From a virus (lineage: Duplodnaviria > Caudoviricetes), in IMG/VR virus record IMGVR_UViG_3300029305_011953, positions 9,990-73,989 of that record: 64,000 bases of DNA, one strand, 5' to 3'. Below are positions 54,939 through 64,000 of this stretch, piece by piece (the stretch's first letter is position 1; each line of letters starts with the position of its first letter). Below the pieces are notes generated by a model that was given only the letters and a program-made list of their open reading frames with translations, did no database searches and was not told where the DNA came from. Position numbers and translations under genes: made by a program.

Positions 54939-55649
54939 ATGATGAAAAAATATACGAAAGAAGAAATCAAAATAGCACAGGAAATTCTTGATGAAATCTT
55001 CGAGAATATTGAAGGTGGCCCCTTATTGGCGATTTTAGGGCAGAGAATTGCCAAGTACAAAGCAACGAAAGGGAATAAAGAATACTTGATGCTGATTAGT
55101 TGGCTGCGTTACGCTAAAGTTTTTTTGCCCTATCGTGATGTTTACATAAACGACAAAGGGGATTTTAGAAGAGAGCTGATGACAAATCATCACGGAGGTA
55201 AAATATCAGTATATGTTTTCTCTGGTACGGACGATATTCCCATAGATTATGCAATTGATAACAGTTGGTTTAGAAACTGTTCGGTTTCGCAGTTGATTAC
55301 GGAAATTGAAGGCGCTGACTCCATTGTTTTGAATCCAACGTCTGATTATATAGAGTTTCCTATCGAGCTGTTGAGTCGAGTTTTCCCGTTGATGCAGCAG
55401 TTGGAAGAAAATATCGAGGTGGAAAAAAATAGGGAAGAGTTAAATTCTTTGATTAGTGGTGCAAATTTTGCAATCGGCGAGGCCCCCAAGTTTCGTATAA
55501 GATTAAAAGATGGAAGGGAATTCAAAGGAAGAATGTTGTATCTTTGTTTCAAAGAAGATGTCGAAATGATGGTAATCGAGGATGAGGAAAAGGGACGGAT
55601 CGAAGTTCCCTTGTCTTTATATCGTACAAGAGAGGAAATAAAGGAATAA
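54939..55649 (+). CDS. SseB-like domain protein, paralogue 3
   Basis: LISWLRYAKVFLPY...GKISVYVFS..IP...IVLNPTSD. Confidence 0.65.
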   Translation: MMKKYTKEEIKIAQEILDEIFENIEGGPLLAILGQRIAKYKATKGNKEYLMLISWLRYAKVFLPYRDVYINDKGDFRRELMTNHHGGKISVYVFSGTDDIPIDYAIDNSWFRNCSVSQLITEIEGADSIVLNPTSDYIEFPIELLSRVFPLMQQLEENIEVEKNREELNSLISGANFAIGEAPKFRIRLKDGREFKGRMLYLCFKEDVEMMVIEDEEKGRIEVPLSLYRTREEIKE

Positions 55650-55650
55650 A

Positions 55651-56268
55651 ATGAAAGTATTTTTTACGAGCGATTTGCATTTTGGACACGCAAACGTAAT
55701 CCGTTTTGACGGACGTCCGTTTGAAACGGTGGAAGAGATGAATGAGGAACTTATTCGGCGGTGGAATGCAAAGGTTGACAAAGGCGATTTAGTTTATGTC
55801 CTTGGGGATATGATTTGGCGTATGCAAGACTGTGCCTCGGTCATTAGACGATTGAACGGGCAGATTATTCTTATCAAAGGTAATCACGATCGCTTTATTA
55901 AAAATGCGGGCGTTAAAAATATGCTGGCAGCGGTTAAGGATTACGATGATATTTGCGTTACGCTTGACGACGGAAGAAAAAAGCGGTGTATTTTATCACA
56001 CTATTTTATTCCGATGTATATTGGGCATAGGTATAATGCTGTCCATTTGCACGGACATTCGCATAATACGGAAGAAGCTCGTGAGGAAGAACGTATTACG
56101 CAAGACTTAATCGAAAAAGGGTATACCTTACGAATTTATAACGTTGGGTGTATGCATTGGGATTATGCGCCTGTAACCCTTGACGAGATTTTAAGGCGGT
56201 ATGGAGAGTATGAAGACAAGCGACAACAGAATAATGAGGAAGGAATTGACGAAGAATACGAAGGATAA
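55651..56268 (+). CDS. Calcineurin-like metallophosphoesterase (phage-type)
   Basis: TSDLHFGH, VLGD, KGNHD, LSHY, HLHGHSH, NVG. Confidence 0.9.
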   Translation: MKVFFTSDLHFGHANVIRFDGRPFETVEEMNEELIRRWNAKVDKGDLVYVLGDMIWRMQDCASVIRRLNGQIILIKGNHDRFIKNAGVKNMLAAVKDYDDICVTLDDGRKKRCILSHYFIPMYIGHRYNAVHLHGHSHNTEEAREEERITQDLIEKGYTLRIYNVGCMHWDYAPVTLDEILRRYGEYEDKRQQNNEEGIDEEYEG

Positions 56269-56875
56269 ATATTACGCTTTTTTCCTTGATGATTATGCTA
56301 CAGTTTCTTTTGTGTCTGGGGGCAAGGTGTATTTTGGGACGATGGACGATTTCGCGCGGTTGTTGAAGGATAAGCGAAATGAGAAATTTATCGAGCCTTA
56401 TGAAGAGTTCAAAAAGGGAAATCGAACAGTTGAGTGTGCTGTGGCGTATGGGAAATATAGATTTGCATACCCAGTCCACTTGCTTGACACCGCGACGGAA
56501 ACGGTAGGTGCGGAAAGGTACGAACATACTAACATTTATGGGTTTCCTTATTACATTTTGTACGATAAAAAGGTCGAGACCAGGTATTTGATTAAGTATA
56601 AAAATATGTACTACGTGGCTTATCGGTTGCAGCTTGAAAATATGCGTTGTGAAGATACTTTGTCTAAATTAGGAGAGTGGAAAATAAGGTCGTTTTGGGG
56701 CTTTCCAAGTATGATTCAAAATATATCCAATAATCCCAAGAAGAGTATCCACGAAAATGTATTATTGGAGCTGACAGAGGCGTATCCCACGGAGGAAGAA
56801 GCGCGGGCGGTCTTTTCAATACAAAGGTCGCTTAATTATGAAGAATTTTATAATGATATTTTTGGAGACGGTTGA
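56201..56875 (+). CDS. Hypothetical protein
   Basis: Long ORF in the operon; no motif recognised; start uncertain. Confidence 0.6.
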   Translation: MESMKTSDNRIMRKELTKNTKDKYYAFFLDDYATVSFVSGGKVYFGTMDDFARLLKDKRNEKFIEPYEEFKKGNRTVECAVAYGKYRFAYPVHLLDTATETVGAERYEHTNIYGFPYYILYDKKVETRYLIKYKNMYYVAYRLQLENMRCEDTLSKLGEWKIRSFWGFPSMIQNISNNPKKSIHENVLLELTEAYPTEEEARAVFSIQRSLNYEEFYNDIFGDG

Positions 56876-57714
56876 TTATGGCAAGAGCGAAGTATTATAC
56901 AAGGGAAAAATATAAATGGAAGAGTAAGGAAGGCTATCAAAGGGAAACGCTTCCAGATGGGCGGTTGTATGCCAACGGCACATATGCAAGCAAGATGACA
57001 GAGGAAAAACTGCCGAAGAGTTTTGTGTCTGTTTATTATTATAGGCAATGGTCGTTTATGCAAGCGAAGGGTGTTGTTGACGTTCGTTATTGCCCTGCGT
57101 ATTGGAGTGGAAATCACATGTATAAAGACGATTATCTGCTCATCTCGTATAAGGAAAAGATAACCTGCAGAATGCCCGAAGCACGACGTATTCCCATTGA
57201 TGAGTATCAGGGCTACGACATAATATTATTTGGTCGTTCAATTATAGATTTTATTGACGGCGTTGAGAAATATTCGCATTTGGATGTTTCCGCAATACGA
57301 AAAGAAATGCGTAGAAAAAGAATATGGTACGTGAGGAAGAACCCGTCGCACCAGGAATTATCCAATGACGAGATTGATTTTGAAACAAAGGTTTATTTCC
57401 TTGCCCGCGAGTTTGAAAGTTCGGATTTTTCTTTGGAACTTCAAAAAGAAGAATTTCTTAAATATTGCCACAACAAAAAGCTAACGCCTATGAATGACGA
57501 GTTCGTTTGCGGTAAAAATGCATTTGAGGTTGACGTGGTTTTGAATAAAATTAAGGAATGCAAGGAAAGCAGTCCCGATGATTATTTCATTGTCATATTT
57601 CCGTTAACGGAAGAGGACAGAGATGATTATAACAGGCGTAATAGTATTGAAATTGGTCTGGGAAGGCTCGGTATTGTAACCGAAACAATTTACATATGGA
57701 GACGAGAAAAATGA
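56872..57714 (+). CDS. Two-domain hypothetical protein
   Basis: Operonic overlaps at both ends; the C-terminal part weakly resembles a degenerate resolvase N-terminus. Confidence 0.6.
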   Translation: MIMARAKYYTREKYKWKSKEGYQRETLPDGRLYANGTYASKMTEEKLPKSFVSVYYYRQWSFMQAKGVVDVRYCPAYWSGNHMYKDDYLLISYKEKITCRMPEARRIPIDEYQGYDIILFGRSIIDFIDGVEKYSHLDVSAIRKEMRRKRIWYVRKNPSHQELSNDEIDFETKVYFLAREFESSDFSLELQKEEFLKYCHNKKLTPMNDEFVCGKNAFEVDVVLNKIKECKESSPDDYFIVIFPLTEEDRDDYNRRNSIEIGLGRLGIVTETIYIWRREK

Positions 57715-58169
57715 AGGAAAGTTTTGAAATTATTGCAAAAAAGTATAAAAAAATAGAAGAACTCCCGCGAGTTACAAGGCAGGAGTTTTGCGACAATATG
57801 GATGAGATTCTTGGAAAGGTTGACAAGGAAAAGGTGGCGTATTTAATAACCGATGAAGAACACGGTAATCTTGCTGTCTGTCCCGCCGAGTGGTTTGATA
57901 TTCGTTTAGATGACGATTTTCAATTGATATTGATAAGCGCGGTTCGTTATTGTTTCCGTCGGGAAACTTATATGCCTTCCACGACGGTTGATTTTGTCCA
58001 TCGGCATATCGATTGCGTTGACGATAAAACGCTCGTGGTTATGATCCGTGATATAGAGACGGAATTTTCTCATCAGCCTTTGTTTGGCACAATGCCAGAA
58101 AAGCCTCTGTGGGAAGGTTTTCTTAAATATTTGAAACAAGTGCAAGAAGAACGAAAAACAAAAGGTTAA
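57711..58169 (+). CDS. Hypothetical protein with Phd/YefM-like N-terminus
   Basis: VTRQEFCDNMDEILGKVDKEKVAYLITDEEHGNLAVCPAEWF; C-terminal AVRYC..RETYMPS motif. Confidence 0.55.
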   Translation: MKESFEIIAKKYKKIEELPRVTRQEFCDNMDEILGKVDKEKVAYLITDEEHGNLAVCPAEWFDIRLDDDFQLILISAVRYCFRRETYMPSTTVDFVHRHIDCVDDKTLVVMIRDIETEFSHQPLFGTMPEKPLWEGFLKYLKQVQEERKTKG

Positions 58170-58180
58170 ACGGGGCAGGT

Positions 58181-58663
58181 ATGCAATTAACAAAAGATGA
58201 AAACAGAAAATTGGTGGAAAAATATCCTTTCCTTAAACCCAAGAGTAGGTGGACGGGGAAGGTCCGTGAGGATTATGACTACGAAAGAACGGAATTAGAC
58301 AATATGCCCGACGGGTGGCGTATTGCGTTTGGCGAAGAAATGTGCGCCGAATTAAAGGTGATAATCGAAAAGCACGGCGCAATGGAGGAGTATGCCATTC
58401 TTGATATAAAGGAAAAGTATGGCGAGCTTTGTTGGTATGATTACGGCTTGGCATCGGTTCAGGAATATTTTGATTGGGAGCATAAGTATCGCTTGAAATC
58501 AAGACGTACTTGCATACGCTGCGGAAATAAAGCCACAAAGATTTCAACGGGATGGATTAGTCCTTATTGCGACGAATGCGCCACCCATTTGAAGAGTATT
58601 CAATTTGTCGATTTGGAAGAGTTCTACAGCGTGAAAGACCATAAAATCGCAGAGGAACAATAA
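58181..58663 (+). CDS. Phage-like hypothetical protein with C-terminal zinc ribbon
   Basis: LDNMPDGWR, IKEKYGELCWY, CIRCG...YCDEC. Confidence 0.7.
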   Translation: MQLTKDENRKLVEKYPFLKPKSRWTGKVREDYDYERTELDNMPDGWRIAFGEEMCAELKVIIEKHGAMEEYAILDIKEKYGELCWYDYGLASVQEYFDWEHKYRLKSRRTCIRCGNKATKISTGWISPYCDECATHLKSIQFVDLEEFYSVKDHKIAEEQ

Positions 58664-59307
58664 TGAGTACAAGTTATTATTTTTACGTAGAAGTTAAAAA
58701 TAACGGGAAATGGGTGTGTATAAATCCCATAGTAAAAGCCCCCAACGGCGAATATCAAATGGAGCCTTTGCTTTGGGGACAGTCGTATTTAAGAGAAACT
58801 TATGAAGATATGATTGAAACTTCGGGTTGCCATTGCGGAGTGCCGGAAGACGCATCCCAAGAAATTGTAGGAAGATTTCGACCGTTAGACGAAACGACCA
58901 AGGATTTTATTGGGAAAGAAATGACGTGGCGTGAGTATTATAAGCATTTCGTTCACGTTGTTAATTACGATGAAGCCGTCCGTAGCAGAATAAAAAAAGA
59001 CCGTCCTTTCAAGTACCAAGGCTACGTCTATAAGCATCTAATTGCGGCGTTTGAGGTAGGTGAGGAGGACATCCATTATTGGTTGAGCAGGGACGAGTAT
59101 GAGGCGATGTCTGAACAAGAACAGAAAGAATATGCTTGGTATGAATGGAACGATTATGACGGTGAGTATGGAATTTTATACGATATTTACACGATGGTTG
59201 AGAACCTGCTTGGGTGGTATCGACAAAATGCTCTGTTCAAGTCAAAGCAATATAATTACGAAGATTTTATTGCAAGTAATGTCCGTTTGATAATTTATAT
59301 GTCGTGA
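58663..59307 (+). CDS. Hypothetical protein
   Basis: MSTSYYFYVEVK N-terminus; operonic. Confidence 0.65.
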   Translation: MSTSYYFYVEVKNNGKWVCINPIVKAPNGEYQMEPLLWGQSYLRETYEDMIETSGCHCGVPEDASQEIVGRFRPLDETTKDFIGKEMTWREYYKHFVHVVNYDEAVRSRIKKDRPFKYQGYVYKHLIAAFEVGEEDIHYWLSRDEYEAMSEQEQKEYAWYEWNDYDGEYGILYDIYTMVENLLGWYRQNALFKSKQYNYEDFIASNVRLIIYMS

Positions 59308-59312
59308 GAATC

Positions 59313-59684
59313 ATGGAAGAGATAGAAAAGAAGGAATTGCCAGAAATAGTAGAAAGCCACTATTGCTTATTGGAGTCAGCTGAATCGACGGGTGTTAAAA
59401 ATAAGTTTGAATGGATGTGGCGTAAATATTATGTGGGGATGTATGGAACTCTCACAGTTTATAAATGCAAGGATTACCCCGATAAGCACATCTGCCTTCT
59501 TCAAGATTGGCAAGGTGAGTATTTGCGAACGGGACGAGGGGACTTAACCCACATAGACAATAAAATTATTATCCATACAAAAAATAGCATTTACACTTTC
59601 GTGATTTGTGAAAGAAAAACTCGCCGACCGAAGCCGACGAGCGATGTTCAATCTGTTGGTTCACAGGATAAATCCACAACGTAA
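59313..59684 (+). CDS. Hypothetical protein
   Basis: Operonic; HTKNSIYTF motif. Confidence 0.55.
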   Translation: MEEIEKKELPEIVESHYCLLESAESTGVKNKFEWMWRKYYVGMYGTLTVYKCKDYPDKHICLLQDWQGEYLRTGRGDLTHIDNKIIIHTKNSIYTFVICERKTRRPKPTSDVQSVGSQDKSTT

Positions 59685-60061
59685 TCAATAGGTATTCGTG
59701 TTCCGTCCGAAAGGATGAGAGTTCTTTCGTAGGTATCGATTTTTTTGACAACGCAATCAATAGTTTTATACGAGCCACCTTCTTTTCGTTCATCCTTAAT
59801 AAAGTAAGTAATGGAAACGACGGGCGAAAGATGTAGGTTGGCGGTTAGCTCTTGGAACGCAAGGTCGAGTTCGGCTTTGCGGTCTTCATCCATATCAATC
59901 CAAGCCTCGGTTCGGCGTATGGATTCATCTATGGATGCCTCAAAGCCTGTCAATGCGGCGAAAGGCGAGAATTGTGCTGCTCGGTCGTGCATTGACATTT
60001 GCGACCTTGTTTTAGAGACATGATGAGGTGAGTGGAGGATGCTTGCGTATTTTTCGTTCAT
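59648..60061 (-). CDS. YolD-like protein (UmuD functional analogue)
   Basis: HHVSKTRSQMSMHDRAAQFSPFAALTGF, ITYF..D..KEGGSY; downstream of the Y-family polymerase. Confidence 0.88.
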   Translation of the reverse strand: MNEKYASILHSPHHVSKTRSQMSMHDRAAQFSPFAALTGFEASIDESIRRTEAWIDMDEDRKAELDLAFQELTANLHLSPVVSITYFIKDERKEGGSYKTIDCVVKKIDTYERTLILSDGTRIPIDYVVDLSCEPTD

Positions 60062-61590
60062 GCTTTATGTCCTCCTATTTGGTGATTGCGTTCCTTGGTG
60101 GTTGCGCCATCTTCAAAGTTCATACCTTTGAGCATTGAATTTTTCCCGTATTTCTTTTGAATGGCAATTACGGTTTCTTGGCGTTTTCTTTCCTTCGCAA
60201 GAGCTGCTTGTTCTTCTTTCCGTTGAGCGCGTTCTGCTGCGTAGTCGGTAAAAAGGTCAAGTTGCTCGTATCCGCCACAAAGTTCTTCTTCTGCAACATC
60301 CTCATTTTTTATATGAGTGAAAGTGATATTAATTCTGCGTATCAGAAGGTCTTTGTCGATAATTCGGTCGTATAACCGAACGACGGCATCCATAAGTTGT
60401 TTGGTAGAAGAAGTGGGGCGTTTGAGGTTTTCCGTTCCGTGGGCATGTTTGGGGGTTTCCCTGCCGTAGCGGTCGATAGTCACTTCGCCATAATAATTCC
60501 TGCGGATTTTTTCATTTTTGAGATTATCCACATCATAGCCTATGGTCAGCACGACTTGGTTGGTGACCAGTTTTTTATCCACTAAATCAAGGACAAGAAG
60601 GTCTGTCATTTCACGAACGATAAGCCGTGCTTTTTCCGCCGTATAGGGGCAATGCAAAACCTGTCCAGACGAAATGCTGTTTGCGGAAGGAACGTAAGAT
60701 TTAATGTCGGGTATTCCGCAAGGCTCCCAGCCCCAAGCGTGGTCAATAATGAGTTCAGCATTAATCCCAAATATTTTATAGAGTAAATCTTCGTTATATG
60801 AACCGCCGAGCTTGCCTTCGGAGCATAAGCAAACATCGCCTAAAGTATAAAGACCGTAGGCTTCGAGTTTATTTGCTATACCATTTCCAATGCGCCAAAA
60901 GTCAGTAAGGGGACGATGATCCCACAGCTTTTGACGGAAAGACATCTCGTCAAGTTCTGCAATACGCACGCCATTTTCGTCGGGGGGAATGTGTTTAGCT
61001 GTTATATCCATTGCAACTTTCGCCAAGAAAAGGTTTGTACCTATTCCGGCGGTGGCTGTTATTCCCGTTGTGTTTAGAACATCAAGAATAATTTTCATAG
61101 CAAGTTGCTGTGCGGTAAGTTTATAGGTGGAAAGGTAATCCGTTACATCCATAAAGACTTCGTCGATAGAATAGACGACGATGTCTTCTTCTGATACGTA
61201 TTTTCGGTAAACCTCATTGACTTTTGTGCTTACTTGCATATATTTCGCCATTTGCGGCGGAGCAACTATGTAATCAAGTTGAAGGGAGGGGTTTGCCTTA
61301 ATGTCGGGGTCGTGGAAGGATTTTCCTGTGAACGTGCGATTTGGCGCTTTGCGTTTACGGTCGTAGTTCACTTCACGGACTTTTTGTATGACTTCAAAAA
61401 GTCTTGACCTTCCGCCTATGCCATAAGATTTGAGCGAGGGGGAAACTGCCAAGCAAATCGTTTTTTCGGTATGGGATGCATCAGCAACGACCAAATTTGT
61501 CGTCAGCGGGTCAAGACCACGTTCGACGCATTCCACGGAGGCGTAAAAGGATTTAAGGTCAATAGCGATATAAATTCGTTGTTTTTCCAT
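60058..61590 (-). CDS. Y-family error-prone DNA polymerase (UmuC/UvrX-like)
   Basis: IAIDLKSFYASVEC, PPQMAKY, YSIDEVFMD, GIGTNLFLAKVA. Confidence 0.93.
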   Translation of the reverse strand: MEKQRIYIAIDLKSFYASVECVERGLDPLTTNLVVADASHTEKTICLAVSPSLKSYGIGGRSRLFEVIQKVREVNYDRKRKAPNRTFTGKSFHDPDIKANPSLQLDYIVAPPQMAKYMQVSTKVNEVYRKYVSEEDIVVYSIDEVFMDVTDYLSTYKLTAQQLAMKIILDVLNTTGITATAGIGTNLFLAKVAMDITAKHIPPDENGVRIAELDEMSFRQKLWDHRPLTDFWRIGNGIANKLEAYGLYTLGDVCLCSEGKLGGSYNEDLLYKIFGINAELIIDHAWGWEPCGIPDIKSYVPSANSISSGQVLHCPYTAEKARLIVREMTDLLVLDLVDKKLVTNQVVLTIGYDVDNLKNEKIRRNYYGEVTIDRYGRETPKHAHGTENLKRPTSSTKQLMDAVVRLYDRIIDKDLLIRRINITFTHIKNEDVAEEELCGGYEQLDLFTDYAAERAQRKEEQAALAKERKRQETVIAIQKKYGKNSMLKGMNFEDGATTKERNHQIGGHKA

Positions 61591-61616
61591 TGCAAGCCTC
61601 CTGTTTTAGTTTCATT

Positions 61617-61666
61617 ATTATATCATAACAAAATTTATTCGTCAATCAATTACAAACAAATGTTCG
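61617..61666 (-). promoter_or_regulatory. SOS promoter with LexA (Cheo) box
   Basis: Minus strand TTGACG (61645-61640)-17 bp-TATAAT (61622-61617) with extended TG; CGAACATTTGTTTG at 61666-61653 fits CGAACRNRYGTTYG apart from one spacer base. Confidence 0.8.
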
Positions 61667-61700
61667 CAAATAGAATTGCAAAAATCAAAAAAAGGGGTAA

Positions 61701-61733
61701 TCGACAAAAGTAGTGTTTATTCGACAAAAGTAG
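61701..61733. repeat. 13-bp direct repeat TCGACAAAAGTAG, 20-bp period
   Basis: Exact copies at 61701-61713 and 61721-61733. Confidence 0.75.
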
Positions 61734-61813
61734 ACAGGGAAATGGTTGCACAAAACCAAGACAGCAACGGTGGTTTTATGGTAAAATATTCTTGTAAACA
61801 AAAGAACCGACGA

Positions 61814-62260
61814 TTAACGGTCGTCAGTTCTGCCAAGAATATAATCGAGTGAAACATCAAAATAATCAGAAAGGATTTCGAGAAGTTCAAGCGAAGGGAA
61901 GTAGCCTTTATGTATCCATCGGGAGATGTAACTTTTATCAAAAAAGCAATCTTGACTGACACGATAAAAGGTGACCGCTTTTTCATCGCATAACGCAATG
62001 AAACGGTCTTTGAAGGTAGTGGGTTCTTTTGCTTTGAAGAATGTTTCATCATCCGACGAGCCAAGAAGGTAGGCAAGTGAGATGTTGAAGAAGTCCGCAA
62101 TTCTGATTAAGATGCGCGGAGTTGGAATAATTCCGTAGTTCAAAGCGTTTGACAAGGAGCTGTAATCAATGCCTATGAGTTTAGGCAGGTCAGACCGTTT
62201 ATGGTCAGATTCAGCAACAAGGTCTGTAATCCGTGTTTGAAACTCGTTAGAAACAGCCAT
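61814..62260 (-). CDS. Tandem double-XRE HTH regulator
   Basis: Two HTH units: FQTRITDL...PTPRILIRIADFFNISLAYLLG and FKDRFIAL...PSLELLEILSDYFDVSLDYILG. Confidence 0.88.
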   Translation of the reverse strand: MAVSNEFQTRITDLVAESDHKRSDLPKLIGIDYSSLSNALNYGIIPTPRILIRIADFFNISLAYLLGSSDDETFFKAKEPTTFKDRFIALCDEKAVTFYRVSQDCFFDKSYISRWIHKGYFPSLELLEILSDYFDVSLDYILGRTDDR

Positions 62261-62388
62261 AAATTCCTCCTATAAGTTAGGTGCAGTTAAGCAAAACGCT
62301 ACCTAATAATTATAGGATTTATTTAGGCGAAAACCGTTGCAGTAAACCTAAACACCAACGACTAAAAACCCCAGGAGGATTATTTAAT

Positions 62389-63495
62389 ATGAAACGATTA
62401 ACTAAAGAATGGCACAATCAATATTTACAGGTATTGGTTTGCGAATCTGTCCAGCAGCATTATGGGATGGAGGACATCAATGAAGAAACCTACGCAAAGC
62501 TCTATAAGAAAGCGAAGAAACGTTTTATAGAGCAAGAAAGTCAAAATCCCATTTATTATGATGCAAAAGCAGATTTGCGTAGATTGGACAGGGCGATATC
62601 GAGTAAAACGACAAGCCCTGATGAAAAGGAGCGTAAAAAGAAAGAACGCCTTACATTTATATATAACCACAAAGACGAACTTGAAAACGGTCCCAAGTGT
62701 GTATTTAACGAAGAAGAAGTAGGTAGAAGGTTTAACAGAAAACTGAAATCTATCGAATCGATTATTCGCACAATGCCTGAACCGTTCCTTGCAAAACGCT
62801 CCGATCCTAAGTATCTCGCTTTGGGTTACGGCACAAGAAAAGATATAACAGCAATGAAAAAATTCGCCGAAGTAACGATGGAAGTTTTATTGCAGGAGAG
62901 CGACGTTAACCGTTGCAAAAATGAAAGGGCAGCGGAACATCTTCCTGAAGAAGTAGAATTTGATTTGTTTACGGAAGCTATTCTTCTTTCTATGACGAAA
63001 GACGGGGACGACATTGTTTTGAAGTTCTTTGACAGAACAATGCGATTACATAAAGCAAAAATCATTGAGCAGGAAAAGGAAGAGATTCTTCCGTATGATG
63101 ATGACAACCCTTGTACGACGTGGACTCGTGTTTTGGCTATTGAGCTTGAATGTGATGAATTAACCACGAAATTCCAGTTAAGTTTCTTGATGGAAAATAG
63201 AAACGAATACGAGGAAGAAGAAACGTGGTATTTGACCTTCGAGTGCAATAATATCACAGCCACGATGTCCAAAGAAGAGCTTGAAGAGCTTAGAAAGGCG
63301 GCGGAACTTGAAACGAAACTGAAAGAAATTACTGACGGAATGATGTTTGAATTGAACCACGGGGACGATGCGGAAACGATGGAATTTGTAATGGGTAAAA
63401 AAGTCGTGAGCGTTCCCATCAATGAGATTTCTTATAATTTTCTGTTCGAGCATTTTGAAAAATTGCTTATTGAACTTCAGGAATATTACAAGTAA
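62389..63495 (+). CDS. DUF4085-like hypothetical protein
   Basis: MKRLTKEWH N-terminus, PFLAKRSDPKYLALG; RBS AGGAGG. Confidence 0.6.
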   Translation: MKRLTKEWHNQYLQVLVCESVQQHYGMEDINEETYAKLYKKAKKRFIEQESQNPIYYDAKADLRRLDRAISSKTTSPDEKERKKKERLTFIYNHKDELENGPKCVFNEEEVGRRFNRKLKSIESIIRTMPEPFLAKRSDPKYLALGYGTRKDITAMKKFAEVTMEVLLQESDVNRCKNERAAEHLPEEVEFDLFTEAILLSMTKDGDDIVLKFFDRTMRLHKAKIIEQEKEEILPYDDDNPCTTWTRVLAIELECDELTTKFQLSFLMENRNEYEEEETWYLTFECNNITATMSKEELEELRKAAELETKLKEITDGMMFELNHGDDAETMEFVMGKKVVSVPINEISYNFLFEHFEKLLIELQEYYK

Positions 63496-63497
63496 AA

Positions 63498-63791
63498 ATG
63501 ATAGAAAAAATAAAGGGATTGATTGAAAGTACGCAGGGCATAGTTGAGCTTGCGTGGGTTCAATACAAACCACAAATAGAAGGAATCGTAAGCGCCTTAA
63601 AGGAAAGAAAAAACGCCCCAGAAAGGGACATTGAACGCTTGCTTGATGGTATTCTCGATTTCTGTTTTGATGAGCGTTTTCGGGCAAAATTCGACGAGAT
63701 TTGTTTGCTTTCGGAAACGCTCTATCCGCAGCTCTCTCAATCATATAAAAGCTATGTGGTGGACTTGTGGGACAAAGAGCTTGAGGAATAA
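63498..63791 (+). CDS. Small helical hypothetical protein
   Basis: IERLLDGILDFCFDE motif; operonic. Confidence 0.65.
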   Translation: MIEKIKGLIESTQGIVELAWVQYKPQIEGIVSALKERKNAPERDIERLLDGILDFCFDERFRAKFDEICLLSETLYPQLSQSYKSYVVDLWDKELEE

Positions 63792-63808
63792 ATAATGGAG
63801 GCAATGAG

Positions 63809-64000
63809 ATGAAAGTAAAGGATTTTTCCAAGATGGAAACGGTAGGGCTTGTTCGTGCAATTGATGACCTTGGTCGAGTTTCAATTCCAGTTGAAGCAAG
63901 AAAAGTTATGGGTTTGAAAGAGCGTGATTTGCTTGAACAGAAACTTTATAGGGACGAAAAAGGGGACATCGTCATTGTGATGAAAAAGTATTCTTCGTGA
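63809..64000 (+). CDS. AbrB/SpoVT-family swapped-hairpin regulator
   Basis: GLVRAIDDLGRVSIPVEARKVMGL; ends with TGA at 63998-64000. Confidence 0.85.
   Translation: MKVKDFSKMETVGLVRAIDDLGRVSIPVEARKVMGLKERDLLEQKLYRDEKGDIVIVMKKYSS

Noticed and set aside
61717-62100. 127-aa minus-strand ORF overlapping the double-HTH gene
   Set aside because: Alternative frame of a well-supported gene, with no RBS or motif.
1-64000. tRNA, rRNA or IS elements
   Set aside because: No cloverleaf or rRNA-like segment and no transposase motif was recognised by eye; a tRNAscan-SE/ISEScan run would be needed to exclude them formally.

Overview
Most of the window (about 1.7-45.7 kb, all + strand) is an apparently complete temperate siphovirus-type prophage of a low-GC Gram-positive host, probably a gut clostridium (inference from gene families, Shine-Dalgarno usage and a Firmicutes-type LexA box). 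In order it carries an ImmA/IrrE-HTH regulator, a sigma-70 region-4-like protein, a PolA/primase/SNF2 replication module, an HNH-terminase packaging module, a DNA-methylation cassette (MetK, ParB-N4/N6 methylase, radical SAM protein, C5 methylase), morons, HK97-type head and long-tail genes, an atypical lysis cassette with no recognisable endolysin, and two large serine recombinases. The 3' part of an mcrBC operon lies to its left. To its right is a convergent second serine-recombinase/ParB module (45.7-52.4 kb), then a cargo region with two metallophosphoesterases, three SseB-like paralogues, small phage-like ORFs, a LexA-boxed umuC/yolD-like cassette and regulators. The most interesting observations are five. 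(1) A stand-alone cGAS/DncV-like nucleotidyltransferase moron has its own perfect promoter and a terminator. (2) An overprinted, RBS-equipped +1-frame ORF inside the C5 methylase resembles the M.EcoHK31I beta polypeptide. (3) A recombinase module carries the same unknown domain three times, plus a catalytically dead resolvase and two ParB-fold proteins. (4) Several dispersed cis motifs link replication, packaging, morons and recombinases. (5) An HExxH membrane protein occupies the endolysin slot. att sites, tRNAs and CRISPR arrays were not found. All family assignments are by eye from motifs, without database searches.
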